Below, one piece after another: positions 16,477-24,226 of a stretch of DNA of 24,730 bases (its first letter is position 1; every line of letters starts with the position of its first letter). The position numbers and the translations under genes were made by a program. The notes beneath the pieces are model-generated. The model was not told the DNA's origin and did not search any database. It saw only the letters and a list, made by a program, of their open reading frames with translations. The stretch is from a virus (taxonomy: Duplodnaviria; Caudoviricetes), in the IMG/VR virus record IMGVR_UViG_3300027798_000213, positions 1 to 24,730 of that record; one strand, 5' to 3'.

Positions 16477-17544
16477 TCAGAATATTATTGAACCAGAAGC
16501 AGTCCATTGATAAACTCTATAACCACCAGCTACAGTAATAGTTGGTGAACCAGTTGTGCTTGTAGCAGCAGCAAAACTATCAGCGTAGCGAATAATCACG
16601 ATACCTGAACCACCTGCACCACCTGCTCGGTTAGTGCCGTCATAAGAGCCGCCACCGCCACCACCGCCAGTATTAGCTGTTCCGGGATTGCCAACACCTG
16701 TACGAGTTCCATCACCGCCGCCGCCTTTATCGGCGGTTACAGCCGTACCACCACCCAAACCACCTGATCCGGGAGTGCCACGATTATCGCCGCCACCTCC
16801 ACCTCCGCCAGAATAAGTTACAGCAGAACCTGATATTGAAGAAGATGTGGCAGTGCCACCATTCCCAGCTATTCGGGATGCAAAAACTGCATTCGCTCCA
16901 ACACTACCTGCACCACCACCGCCACCACCATAGCCACTTGTAGCATCATCTGATGCTCCGCTCCCACCAGCAAAACCTTGCCCAGATGTTCCTGCGCCAC
17001 CTAATGCAGCAGTTCTAGCGCCACCACCACCGCCAGATCCACCAGCAGCGCCATTTATTACAGTGCCACCGTTATATGAGCTACCACCACCACCACCAGT
17101 AGATGTAATAGAGCTAAAAACAGAGTTGTTTCCATTTCCACCTAAACCAGTTGTTCCTCCAGCAGTACCGCCAGCACCAACTGTGACTGTAATTGCAGAA
17201 CCTGTACTAACGGCAAAGCCTGAAGCAGTAAGTAAGCCGCCCGCACCGCCACCGCCACCTTGTGCTCCACCACCACCGCCGCCGCCCGCAACTACAAGAT
17301 ATTCCACTGACGAAGGTGCCGCCGCCAATGAGGTTACTGTAGTCCAAGCGGCCAAATTTGTTGAATAAACTTCTAAGACATTGGTTGAAGAGTTTAAACG
17401 CAACATTCCGTTTGCAGGAGTAGCGGGGCGCTGGGCAGTCGTTCCCACAGGTATGGTCAAAGCGCCAGTCGAGTCAACGCTAACCCCACTAGCTTGGCCG
17501 CTAATGGTGTTTGTTCCGGATCCGCCGCTTATTGTTATTGCCAT
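16477..17544 (-). CDS. Glycine-rich domain protein, class A, 355 aa
   Basis: STGALTIPVGTTAQRP, VEYLVVAGGGG, same conserved C-terminal ~40 aa. Confidence 0.72.
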   Translation of the reverse strand: MAITISGGSGTNTISGQASGVSVDSTGALTIPVGTTAQRPATPANGMLRLNSSTNVLEVYSTNLAAWTTVTSLAAAPSSVEYLVVAGGGGGGGAQGGGGGAGGLLTASGFAVSTGSAITVTVGAGGTAGGTTGLGGNGNNSVFSSITSTGGGGGSSYNGGTVINGAAGGSGGGGGARTAALGGAGTSGQGFAGGSGASDDATSGYGGGGGGAGSVGANAVFASRIAGNGGTATSSSISGSAVTYSGGGGGGGDNRGTPGSGGLGGGTAVTADKGGGGDGTRTGVGNPGTANTGGGGGGGSYDGTNRAGGAGGSGIVIIRYADSFAAATSTTGSPTITVAGGYRVYQWTASGSIIF

Positions 17545-17553
17545 AGGATTACC

Positions 17554-17925
17554 TTATGCTGGGTTGTAAGTTACTTCAATCCAAGAAGTTGTATCTTCAT
17601 TCCAAACATATCGCTTGTCATCAATTGGATATGCAACAGGCGCATTCCACTGGCAAGTTGTTTCGTTCAGAACCCATGAAGCAAACGGCTTGGGTGCAAT
17701 AAACGCATCACGGGTGGAATCGTATATGTAGCCAATACCAGCATAGTTCTTACGCATATTGCCGTTGTAGCTGGTCTGCAACCACACACCACCTAGCAAG
17801 TCATGGCAAAACTTAGCGCCAATTGTTTCTGACTCAGCGCCATGTTGATCTTTGCAATCGTCATTGCTTACAACAATAACGCGCAACACCGTGTTGTTTA
17901 ATCCGATTTCTGCAAAATGTGCCAT
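17554..17925 (-). CDS. Putative fibre-associated chaperone/assembly protein (MAHFAEI type), 123 aa
   Basis: Start moved to ATG 17925, which has a GAGG SD. WLQTSYN, RKNYAGIGY.YD...DAFIAPKPFASW..W.AP motifs. Chaperone role is inferred from context. Confidence 0.65.
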   Translation of the reverse strand: MAHFAEIGLNNTVLRVIVVSNDDCKDQHGAESETIGAKFCHDLLGGVWLQTSYNGNMRKNYAGIGYIYDSTRDAFIAPKPFASWVLNETTCQWNAPVAYPIDDKRYVWNEDTTSWIEVTYNPA

Positions 17926-17939
17926 GTCTACCTCAATCT

Positions 17940-18260
17940 TTATTGAACCAAAACCCAAGATACTGTGGCTTCATCCCACCTGTACTTATGACCATCTTGA
18001 GGGCAAGTTACAGGCGCATACCATAAATGTTCAGTCTGGTTGTACACCCAAGAAGGAAAAGGTTGTGGGGGTATAAACGCATCAGTCTGGCTGTTATAAA
18101 CATAGCCAACACCGGGAAAGCATTGACGTATTGAGCCATCTTCCGCGCACCGCAACCATGTACCGCCATATTCTCGGTACAGCCAATCACTATCTTTGGT
18201 ATCTACCAAATACAACACATCAGTAACGATGTTATTTTCTACTTTTGCGTACCAAGCCAT
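17940..18260 (-). CDS. Paralog of the adjacent chaperone-like protein, 106 aa
   Basis: AAGGA SD. Shares GVGYVYN...DAFIPPQPFPSW..W.APV..P.D...Y.W.E.T.SW. Confidence 0.65.
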   Translation of the reverse strand: MAWYAKVENNIVTDVLYLVDTKDSDWLYREYGGTWLRCAEDGSIRQCFPGVGYVYNSQTDAFIPPQPFPSWVYNQTEHLWYAPVTCPQDGHKYRWDEATVSWVLVQ

Positions 18261-18269
18261 TTTATGTCC

Positions 18270-19352
18270 TTACGCAGTATATGTGCCAGAGGTTGTGAAC
18301 GTGTGGTATGTGTAACCACCAGAAGAAGTTACAGTACCACCAGTGCCTCGTTGTGCGCCCAAATAGCGAATGATAAATACGCCCTGAGTGCCAGCCGTGT
18401 TAAGTGCTCCGCCATTACCATAAGAGCCACGCAAAGCATTACTTGAGTCCCCCGGCGTTGTCCCGCTACCAGCAGTTAACACCGCACTTGTTACTGTGCC
18501 AGACTTGAAGTACCCAGAACCACCACCGCCACCTGAGTTACCCGCAGGACTATCTCCGTTAAAACCTGCGCCTCCACCCCAATAGCCACCACCACCTCCA
18601 CCGCCGCCGCCAGCATCACCAGCAGACCCAGCAGAACCACCCTGTAATGCCGATCCGTTAGTAGCACCACCCACTGCATTTCCACCAAGACCGCCTGCGC
18701 TTTGTGATCCACCAGTTCCAAAGTTTGATCCGCTACCATCAACTCCGGTAGTTCCACCACCAGCACCGCCTGATGCACTATAACCAGATCCAGCACCGCC
18801 GCTAGCTATTAAAAGTGCATTGACTTGGGAAGAAGAAGTTGTAAAAATTCCAGAATAACCACCACCTTGTCCAGAGCCGCCATTAGTCCCAGACAGACCG
18901 CCACCACCGGGGACAGTTGACCCGGGGTTTGTGCCATTAGCCATTGCAGCCCCGCCGCCACCAACAACGACCGGATAAGCTGTGGATGGACTTACTGCAT
19001 ATACACCATTAGCGGCACCACCACCACCACCAGTACCACCCGCTTGTCCTCCACCGCCACCGCCACCCCATCCATACAAATCTACAGAATATGTATCAGC
19101 AGGGGTTACTGTAACAGCCTCCCAGATAGTCCCATCGTAGACTTCAAGATTTGTGTTGGTTGTATTCCAGCGAGTCATTCCGGCTGTAGGAGTGCCGGGG
19201 CGTTGAGCAGTTGTGCCAGCAGGCAAAGTCAAAGCGCCAGTAGCGTTAACAGTCACTAACCCAGATGTGGGTGTAAGTACCAAATTGCCTGTGGTATCCG
19301 CTGTGCTGACCAGCGCCGTAGTTGTAGTTGTTCCTGCTGAAATAGTGCTCAT
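18270..19352 (-). CDS. Glycine-rich domain protein, class A (most divergent), ~360 aa
   Basis: Start moved to ATG 19352 (ATGA overlap). TGALTLPAGTTAQRP, VDLYGWGGGGG, C-terminal IIRY..GGYTYHTFTTSGT. Confidence 0.72.
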   Translation of the reverse strand: MSTISAGTTTTTALVSTADTTGNLVLTPTSGLVTVNATGALTLPAGTTAQRPGTPTAGMTRWNTTNTNLEVYDGTIWEAVTVTPADTYSVDLYGWGGGGGGGQAGGTGGGGGAANGVYAVSPSTAYPVVVGGGGAAMANGTNPGSTVPGGGGLSGTNGGSGQGGGYSGIFTTSSSQVNALLIASGGAGSGYSASGGAGGGTTGVDGSGSNFGTGGSQSAGGLGGNAVGGATNGSALQGGSAGSAGDAGGGGGGGGGYWGGGAGFNGDSPAGNSGGGGGSGYFKSGTVTSAVLTAGSGTTPGDSSNALRGSYGNGGALNTAGTQGVFIIRYLGAQRGTGGTVTSSGGYTYHTFTTSGTYTA

Positions 19353-19807
19353 ATAACCACCCACCTTTGGCCGGAAGCCACTGTCACAGATTTACCTGAA
19401 GCCACTGTTACTGGGCCAACAGAAAGACCATTAGACCCCGTGCTGATTGTTGTGCTCTCAGACACAGTATCGCTTTGCACCATCACACCATTTGTAGAGC
19501 TAACTCCTGCGGGGTAAGCAACAAATACATCTTTTGTGCCAGCGGAAAAACTTAATGCGCTGGGCTGTGTACCAGAACTATTGGACAAGACTGTTGTACG
19601 CGCAAGCGTGGTTCCAGAGGATGTGTACGTACCAATACCTACTTCCCACTCATTACCAGTCTGTCCAGCAATCGTATAGTAGGTCAGGTTTGCATTACCA
19701 ATCACAGCAAAAGATTGAAAGCCTGTCGATGCGCCCAAAAGCGTAATAGTGCCCGTACCAGTGGTAGTGGTCGTTTCCTTTACTCGGTCTGCAACAACAA
19801 ATGTCAT
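19349..19807 (-). CDS. Short tail fibre-like scaffold/connector protein, 152 aa
   Basis: DRVKETTTTTGTGTITL..WEVGIGTY..FSAGTKDVF N-domain joined almost directly to a C-terminal GPVTVASGKSVTVASGQRWVVI motif. Confidence 0.65.
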   Translation of the reverse strand: MTFVVADRVKETTTTTGTGTITLLGASTGFQSFAVIGNANLTYYTIAGQTGNEWEVGIGTYTSSGTTLARTTVLSNSSGTQPSALSFSAGTKDVFVAYPAGVSSTNGVMVQSDTVSESTTISTGSNGLSVGPVTVASGKSVTVASGQRWVVI

Positions 19808-19816
19808 GCCGTTTCC

Positions 19817-20494
19817 TTATGTTTCTGTCTCAACAATCTGCCAATTAGCAGTTTCAGCATTATCTATCAGCGTCCACACCGGTGTCTGCGGATTGTCTAT
19901 ATTTTGCCAGTTTGCGTTCTGGCTGTCATCAATTAACGACCAATAAAATACGCCCAAAGTTCCAACCGCGCCAGATGCTTGGACACCGGTCAAAGCAAAT
20001 GATTTAGATCCTACTACAGTACCTACCGCGCCAGAAGCCTGAACCCCTGTAAGCGCCACGGTTGTAACGGCTCCTACATTACCAACTGAACCTATAGCTA
20101 AAACGCCAGTCTCAGTTGGATTGTTAGTTTCTGTAACATCCCCTACCGCACCAACAGCCTCCACTCCAGTAAGCGCCACAAGTTTTGCAAAAACTACGTC
20201 ACCTACCGCGCCGTTTGCGCTAACCCCATTAAGCGCAATACTTCTTTCTGCAACTTCTACCGTTCCAACCGCACCATCAGCTTGAACACCTGTAATAGCA
20301 ACAAGCTGAACAACAGAAGCGGTTACTGTCCCAACTTCCCCGCTTGCTTGTACTCCTGTTAAAGATACCGAGATATCAGCCGCAACCGCTCCTACTGCGC
20401 CCGATGAAGAAACGCCAGTAAGTGCAACTACTACCGTTGCTTGCCCCGCAAGCGAGGCGAACGGCGCTTCGGCGAATGCGGAGATACCAAACAT
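19817..20494 (-). CDS. Repeat-containing virion protein, 225 aa
   Basis: MFGISAFAEAPFASL leader, eight LTGVxAxGxVGxV-type repeats, four Trp at 11-aa spacing at the C-terminus. Confidence 0.7.
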   Translation of the reverse strand: MFGISAFAEAPFASLAGQATVVVALTGVSSSGAVGAVAADISVSLTGVQASGEVGTVTASVVQLVAITGVQADGAVGTVEVAERSIALNGVSANGAVGDVVFAKLVALTGVEAVGAVGDVTETNNPTETGVLAIGSVGNVGAVTTVALTGVQASGAVGTVVGSKSFALTGVQASGAVGTLGVFYWSLIDDSQNANWQNIDNPQTPVWTLIDNAETANWQIVETET

Positions 20495-20526
20495 GGCGAC
20501 TCTAGCGAGTTACCCCGCCAGTCCTA
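20495..20526 (-). promoter_or_regulatory. Intergenic GNRA hairpin between SD-like AGGA and the start codon
   Basis: Minus strand reads TAGGAC-TGGCGGG-GTAA-CTCGCTA-GAGTCGCC-ATG: a 7-bp stem (2 G-U pairs) with a GUAA loop and no U-tract. Confidence 0.45.
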
Positions 20527-21003
20527 TTAAGTTGTAGCCAAACGGATCAAAGCAGTCGAAGTTGTATTCGCTGGCATTGTCAAAGTAAACGTACCAGCGG
20601 TAATTGTCTGCGAACCAAAAGTATGAACGCTTACTGCTTTGTTACTTTGTGTTGAGTTATAAATTAACACGGCATCAAATGCTGTAGACAAAGTTACTGT
20701 GGTGTATGTGATGCTGGCCGAAGGCGTAACAAATGCAACACCCGCAGTAGCAGAAGAATTAGTAGCTGTAGGAGGGGTTGCAAATGTAACCGCTACGCCG
20801 CCCGCAGAGTAGCCAGTACCAGACACTTCGCCTGTTACTGTGTAGGCGGTAGTAGCGGCATTCATTGTGGCAGATGCCAAATACAAAGCAGCTTTAAACG
20901 CATCAGTTGCGCCGGTTGCACGAACGGGGGCAGTGCCAAAATTATGCGTGGCAGTCATTAGCTCACCCATAAAACTTGTTGTCATTGCTTGAGTATTTGC
21001 CAT
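20527..21003 (-). CDS. Tail/virion structural protein, 158 aa (paralog of 21202..21618)
   Basis: AAGGAG SD. TTSFMGEL..H.F..DAFKAALY..EVSGTGYSAGG..LIYN.TQ.NK.V motifs. Confidence 0.65.
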   Translation of the reverse strand: MANTQAMTTSFMGELMTATHNFGTAPVRATGATDAFKAALYLASATMNAATTAYTVTGEVSGTGYSAGGVAVTFATPPTATNSSATAGVAFVTPSASITYTTVTLSTAFDAVLIYNSTQSNKAVSVHTFGSQTITAGTFTLTMPANTTSTALIRLATT

Positions 21004-21013
21004 ATTAGGCTCC

Positions 21014-21205
21014 TTAATTAAAAGATGCGGCTTCTACCACAGAACTTACGGATTTCTTTAATTCCACATGAACAGAACGATGAACTAATTCACCTTCATG
21101 CCAATACTCAACCCATGTTGTGTGTTCATTGTCATTATCAACGAAGCCTTCTTTTTTCTCAAGCAAAGAATCGTCCATTTCGCCTTTGGTGGTGGTAACA
21201 ATCAA
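21014..21205 (-). CDS. Hypothetical protein, 63 aa
   Basis: AGGAG SD, ATG overlapping the upstream stop. Acidic, WVEYW..GELVHRS. Confidence 0.7.
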   Translation of the reverse strand: MIVTTTKGEMDDSLLEKKEGFVDNDNEHTTWVEYWHEGELVHRSVHVELKKSVSSVVEAASFN

Positions 21206-21618
21206 TTTGAACTCCTAATCAATGAAGTGGTTGGGCCATTTACTGGCATTGTGATTGTAAAAGTTGTCGTTGACGTTTTGTCAGACCCAAAGTCCAGCAC
21301 GGCCACGGACTTGTTACCCTGAGTTACGTTGTAAATCAAAGCACACCTGGCTGTCAAAGCGGCAGTCCAAGATACATTAGGGAAGCCAACATAGGCCGTA
21401 TACCCAGAGGATGCTACTGTAATCGGCGTCAAGATAGACCCACCAGCTGAGTAACCAGATGCCACTACTTCATTGGTAGACGAGTAGATCGTAGTTGCTT
21501 CGTTTAGATCGGCGCTGGCCGTGTACAAAGCAATCTTGATGACGTCTGTAGTAAGGTCGTGAACGCCCTGATACAGCTCCGCCTTGAAGCTTGTGGTCTG
21601 GGTCTGAACAATACTCAT
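21202..21618 (-). CDS. Tail/virion structural protein, 138 aa
   Basis: TTSFKAEL..H.L..DVIKIALY..EVVASGYSAGG..LIYNVTQGNKSV. Coupled to the upstream gene. Confidence 0.65.
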   Translation of the reverse strand: MSIVQTQTTSFKAELYQGVHDLTTDVIKIALYTASADLNEATTIYSSTNEVVASGYSAGGSILTPITVASSGYTAYVGFPNVSWTAALTARCALIYNVTQGNKSVAVLDFGSDKTSTTTFTITMPVNGPTTSLIRSSN

Positions 21619-22454
21619 GAGACTGCAACCCTAACCTGACCATCACGATAAGCATCACCACGTTGTTTACCATCACCCAAGTTCTTAAGCAAGGCAATAG
21701 CTTGAACATAACGATCTTGAGTCAACTTAACCATATCAGCCTCACCTTTCATGTAGGTGTAAGCCTCGCAAATTGTGCCGTACAGCAATGCAGAATCAAA
21801 GTTATCACCAAGCCATGTAGTGCTTGCAGTCACAATAGACTCTGGATAGTAGTAAAAATGCAGTTCTGCGCGGTAATTGGAACTGGGCGTTGGGCCAACA
21901 ATGAACGTCAACTCATTGACATTAGAAGAATTTGGGCCAAATATTGCATAGTGCTTTGGTTCCGAAGCATAAGCAGACAAAGGATAAGCTTCACGAATAA
22001 AGTTTACATCTTTGTTAATCAAGTACAGATAGTCGCCTTGAAACACCATTGCACCAGAAACAGTCCCGCTGTTGGCTACTGTTAATGTGATGGTCGTTCC
22101 ATTAATGCTACGAACAGTTGCATTGGTTCCAATCCCTGTCCCAGTAACTTCCTGACCAGCCTCAATACCTGTAGCACTTGCAACTACGATTGTCTTTGCT
22201 CCAGATGTTCCTGTAGCCGTTGTGGTGTTATATGGATAAATAGCTAAACTGTAGGTAGACAAAAAGTCATCAGGCGCAGACAGGTACTTATTGCCGGTTT
22301 GCAGTGTGCCAGTCATATTCTTTCGTAAGTTGGCAATCTGCACTGTGTTATAGATGCGTTGCTCCGCCTGCTTAATGAACGTATTCATATTATCAGTCGG
22401 GAAAGAGTTCTCGCAGTAATCAGATACTGCGGTGACTAACTGGGCGTAGTTCAT
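21615..22454 (-). CDS. Putative head-tail adaptor/tail tubular protein, 279 aa, with inserted beta-domain
   Basis: Helical N-terminus (FIKQAEQRIY), P.HYA..F.VGPTP..Y..ELHFY core, helical C-terminus (ALLYG.I.EAY.YMK): an adaptor-like layout. Confidence 0.55.
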   Translation of the reverse strand: MNYAQLVTAVSDYCENSFPTDNMNTFIKQAEQRIYNTVQIANLRKNMTGTLQTGNKYLSAPDDFLSTYSLAIYPYNTTTATGTSGAKTIVVASATGIEAGQEVTGTGIGTNATVRSINGTTITLTVANSGTVSGAMVFQGDYLYLINKDVNFIREAYPLSAYASEPKHYAIFGPNSSNVNELTFIVGPTPSSNYRAELHFYYYPESIVTASTTWLGDNFDSALLYGTICEAYTYMKGEADMVKLTQDRYVQAIALLKNLGDGKQRGDAYRDGQVRVAVS

Positions 22455-22714
22455 GCCATCGGGCCTCTAGACATAACGCCTTTGGTTGCCGCGCCAGTAC
22501 CGCGCATCTTAATGCCGGACGTCTTTGGCTCACCACCAGATGATTTGTTGATATTACCAACAGTCATTTCTACTGTATCAGCACGGCTTAAGTTCTTGCC
22601 AGAGCCGGGATTCTCTGTAGCAACAACCTTCTCGCCCTTCATTGTGTGCGGAGGAGCATAGACTTTGGCATCGCCAACTTCTTTACCCATCATCATCTTG
22701 CTGTATTTAGCCAT
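22451..22714 (-). CDS. Small basic protein, 87 aa
   Basis: Start moved to ATG 22714 (MAKYSK, GAGG SD). C-terminal GIKMRGTGAATKG..SRGPMA. Confidence 0.7.
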   Translation of the reverse strand: MAKYSKMMMGKEVGDAKVYAPPHTMKGEKVVATENPGSGKNLSRADTVEMTVGNINKSSGGEPKTSGIKMRGTGAATKGVMSRGPMA

Positions 22715-22715
22715 G

Positions 22716-22904
22716 TTAGCCTCGCTTCTGTGCGGCAATCTTTGCCAAATTACGACCCATAGTCTTCATGTCAGAGTTGGTTTTACCCTTACCCTTACCT
22801 GTTCCGCCCTTTGTTTCTTTGACAGAATGACCGCTGTTAGGGAAGATGTGAACATCAGTCTTACCCTTTTTAGCGACTCCGTCTGCTGATCGTGTGTATG
22901 CCAT
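22716..22904 (-). CDS. Small basic K/G-rich protein, 62 aa
   Basis: AGGAG SD. RSADGVAKKGKT motif. Confidence 0.75.
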   Translation of the reverse strand: MAYTRSADGVAKKGKTDVHIFPNSGHSVKETKGGTGKGKGKTNSDMKTMGRNLAKIAAQKRG

Positions 22905-22913
22905 GTTTAGCTC

Positions 22914-23297
22914 CTATGAAACTGTTACTGTACCAACAAATGCCGTTGCAACCAAGTAGTTAGGTGTTAAATATTCATCAAAACCACTAGCTCCGCCAAC
23001 CGGATTCCAACCCCACTGGATGTCCCGTGAACCACCAGTCAAATTACCTGCCGCATTCAAACCCGCCGTCACATACGTTGTGTCTGGCCGTGGCTGATAC
23101 AAAGCCTGCGGATCATAAACAGGATACATACCCAGCTGCAATTGCGGCTGATCTGGATCCCAGCAAGCTTCACAAACCTTTAGCTGATAAAGCTTGGTCT
23201 TGATGACCTCCATCTTTAACTGCTTTAACTTATAACGCTGCCCACACCGATCACATTCGGCAATAGCATATTTACCGGATGCAAACGGTGTTGCCAT
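22914..23297 (-). CDS. Putative zinc-binding virion-module protein, 127 aa
   Basis: CDRC...CEAC pair followed by DQPQ. TAATG overlap with the upstream gene. Confidence 0.7.
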   Translation of the reverse strand: MATPFASGKYAIAECDRCGQRYKLKQLKMEVIKTKLYQLKVCEACWDPDQPQLQLGMYPVYDPQALYQPRPDTTYVTAGLNAAGNLTGGSRDIQWGWNPVGGASGFDEYLTPNYLVATAFVGTVTVS

Positions 23298-24226
23298 TAA
23301 GTACCACCACCAATGAACGCTATACGAGGCACCAACCTCAATGTAGCCTTCTCGCGATCCTCTTGGGATGCCAAAGTATATTGTTCGTCATAGACCCGCT
23401 TAAGCATATCCAGACGGCCTTGTAACTCAGGCACCTTCATAGCTATGTAGTAGGCTAATCCGGCCACTACGCATGGCAGGAAGCGGAAATTCATATCGGA
23501 TGTCTGTACACCAGCGCCAGCGTCTTGGATGCGGCGCATTCTGTAGTACACAAACTGGTATTGCTGTGAGTTATCAGGCGTAGGCCACACTGTTACAGCG
23601 GGCAACTGGGGCACAAACACCGCAGTTCCATCTGTCTGTGCTGCAGCTGTAGTGTTGTTCTGGCCACGGAATACGCCGCCGAGCACATTACCACTGATAT
23701 AGGTGTAGTAAATGTCTTCTGTACCAAGTCGAATAAACCCAGAGCCAGCTAACCCCACAACCGTACTAAGCGTGATAGTTGTAGCCGTAGACGTAATTGC
23801 ACCATCAAGTACAGCGGCAGTAGGATTAGTTTCACCAGACAAACGCTGAATCCAGACTTGGATCGGCCTGCCTTGAACCAACTTGTTAGGGATCGTTGCA
23901 TAAGTTGAAACGCTGATGCGGGTAATACTCAAGTCTGCCTGAGTTGAAGAGTTGTTAGCTTGTGTCCTGATCACATGATCCAGCAAGTCAATCGTATCTA
24001 AAGGCAGAGCGTATGTGGCCAGTCCCGGAGTCAGAGTAATTGTCCCTGTCTCAATCGTCCACATATTGATGCCGCGATTAGCCCACTCAATGGTCATCAG
24101 GTTAAGAGAACGGCGAGCTGTGCGTAGGTCATAACCTGTACGCATCTCACGGCCAGCTCTCTCCCACGCCTCTTCAGCGAGCTCAGTGAACTCCATGTTA
24201 AAGGCTGTGGTTCCTGTAGTGGTCAT
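23297..24226 (-). CDS. Putative head-tail connector/adaptor protein (P22 gp4/T7 gp11-like layout), 309 aa, with inserted beta-domain
   Basis: EEAWERAG..ARRSLNL...EWANRG, GRP..VW, VWPTPD, RFLPCVVAGLAYYIA motifs. Confidence 0.6.
   Translation of the reverse strand: MTTTGTTAFNMEFTELAEEAWERAGREMRTGYDLRTARRSLNLMTIEWANRGINMWTIETGTITLTPGLATYALPLDTIDLLDHVIRTQANNSSTQADLSITRISVSTYATIPNKLVQGRPIQVWIQRLSGETNPTAAVLDGAITSTATTITLSTVVGLAGSGFIRLGTEDIYYTYISGNVLGGVFRGQNNTTAAAQTDGTAVFVPQLPAVTVWPTPDNSQQYQFVYYRMRRIQDAGAGVQTSDMNFRFLPCVVAGLAYYIAMKVPELQGRLDMLKRVYDEQYTLASQEDREKATLRLVPRIAFIGGGT

Noticed and set aside
14241-16620. Similar 3' ends of class A genes as a DGR template/variable repeat or invertible shufflon
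   Set aside because: Differences are mostly synonymous and not adenine-specific, all copies are coding and co-oriented, and no reverse transcriptase or invertase is in the window.
11364-19100. Abundant ccaccgcca/ccgccgcc short repeats as a possible CRISPR array or microsatellite
   Set aside because: They are reverse-complemented Gly codon runs, with no constant repeat-spacer period.
20495-20526. Intergenic hairpin as a rho-independent terminator
   Set aside because: No U-tract follows on either strand, and the operon continues immediately.
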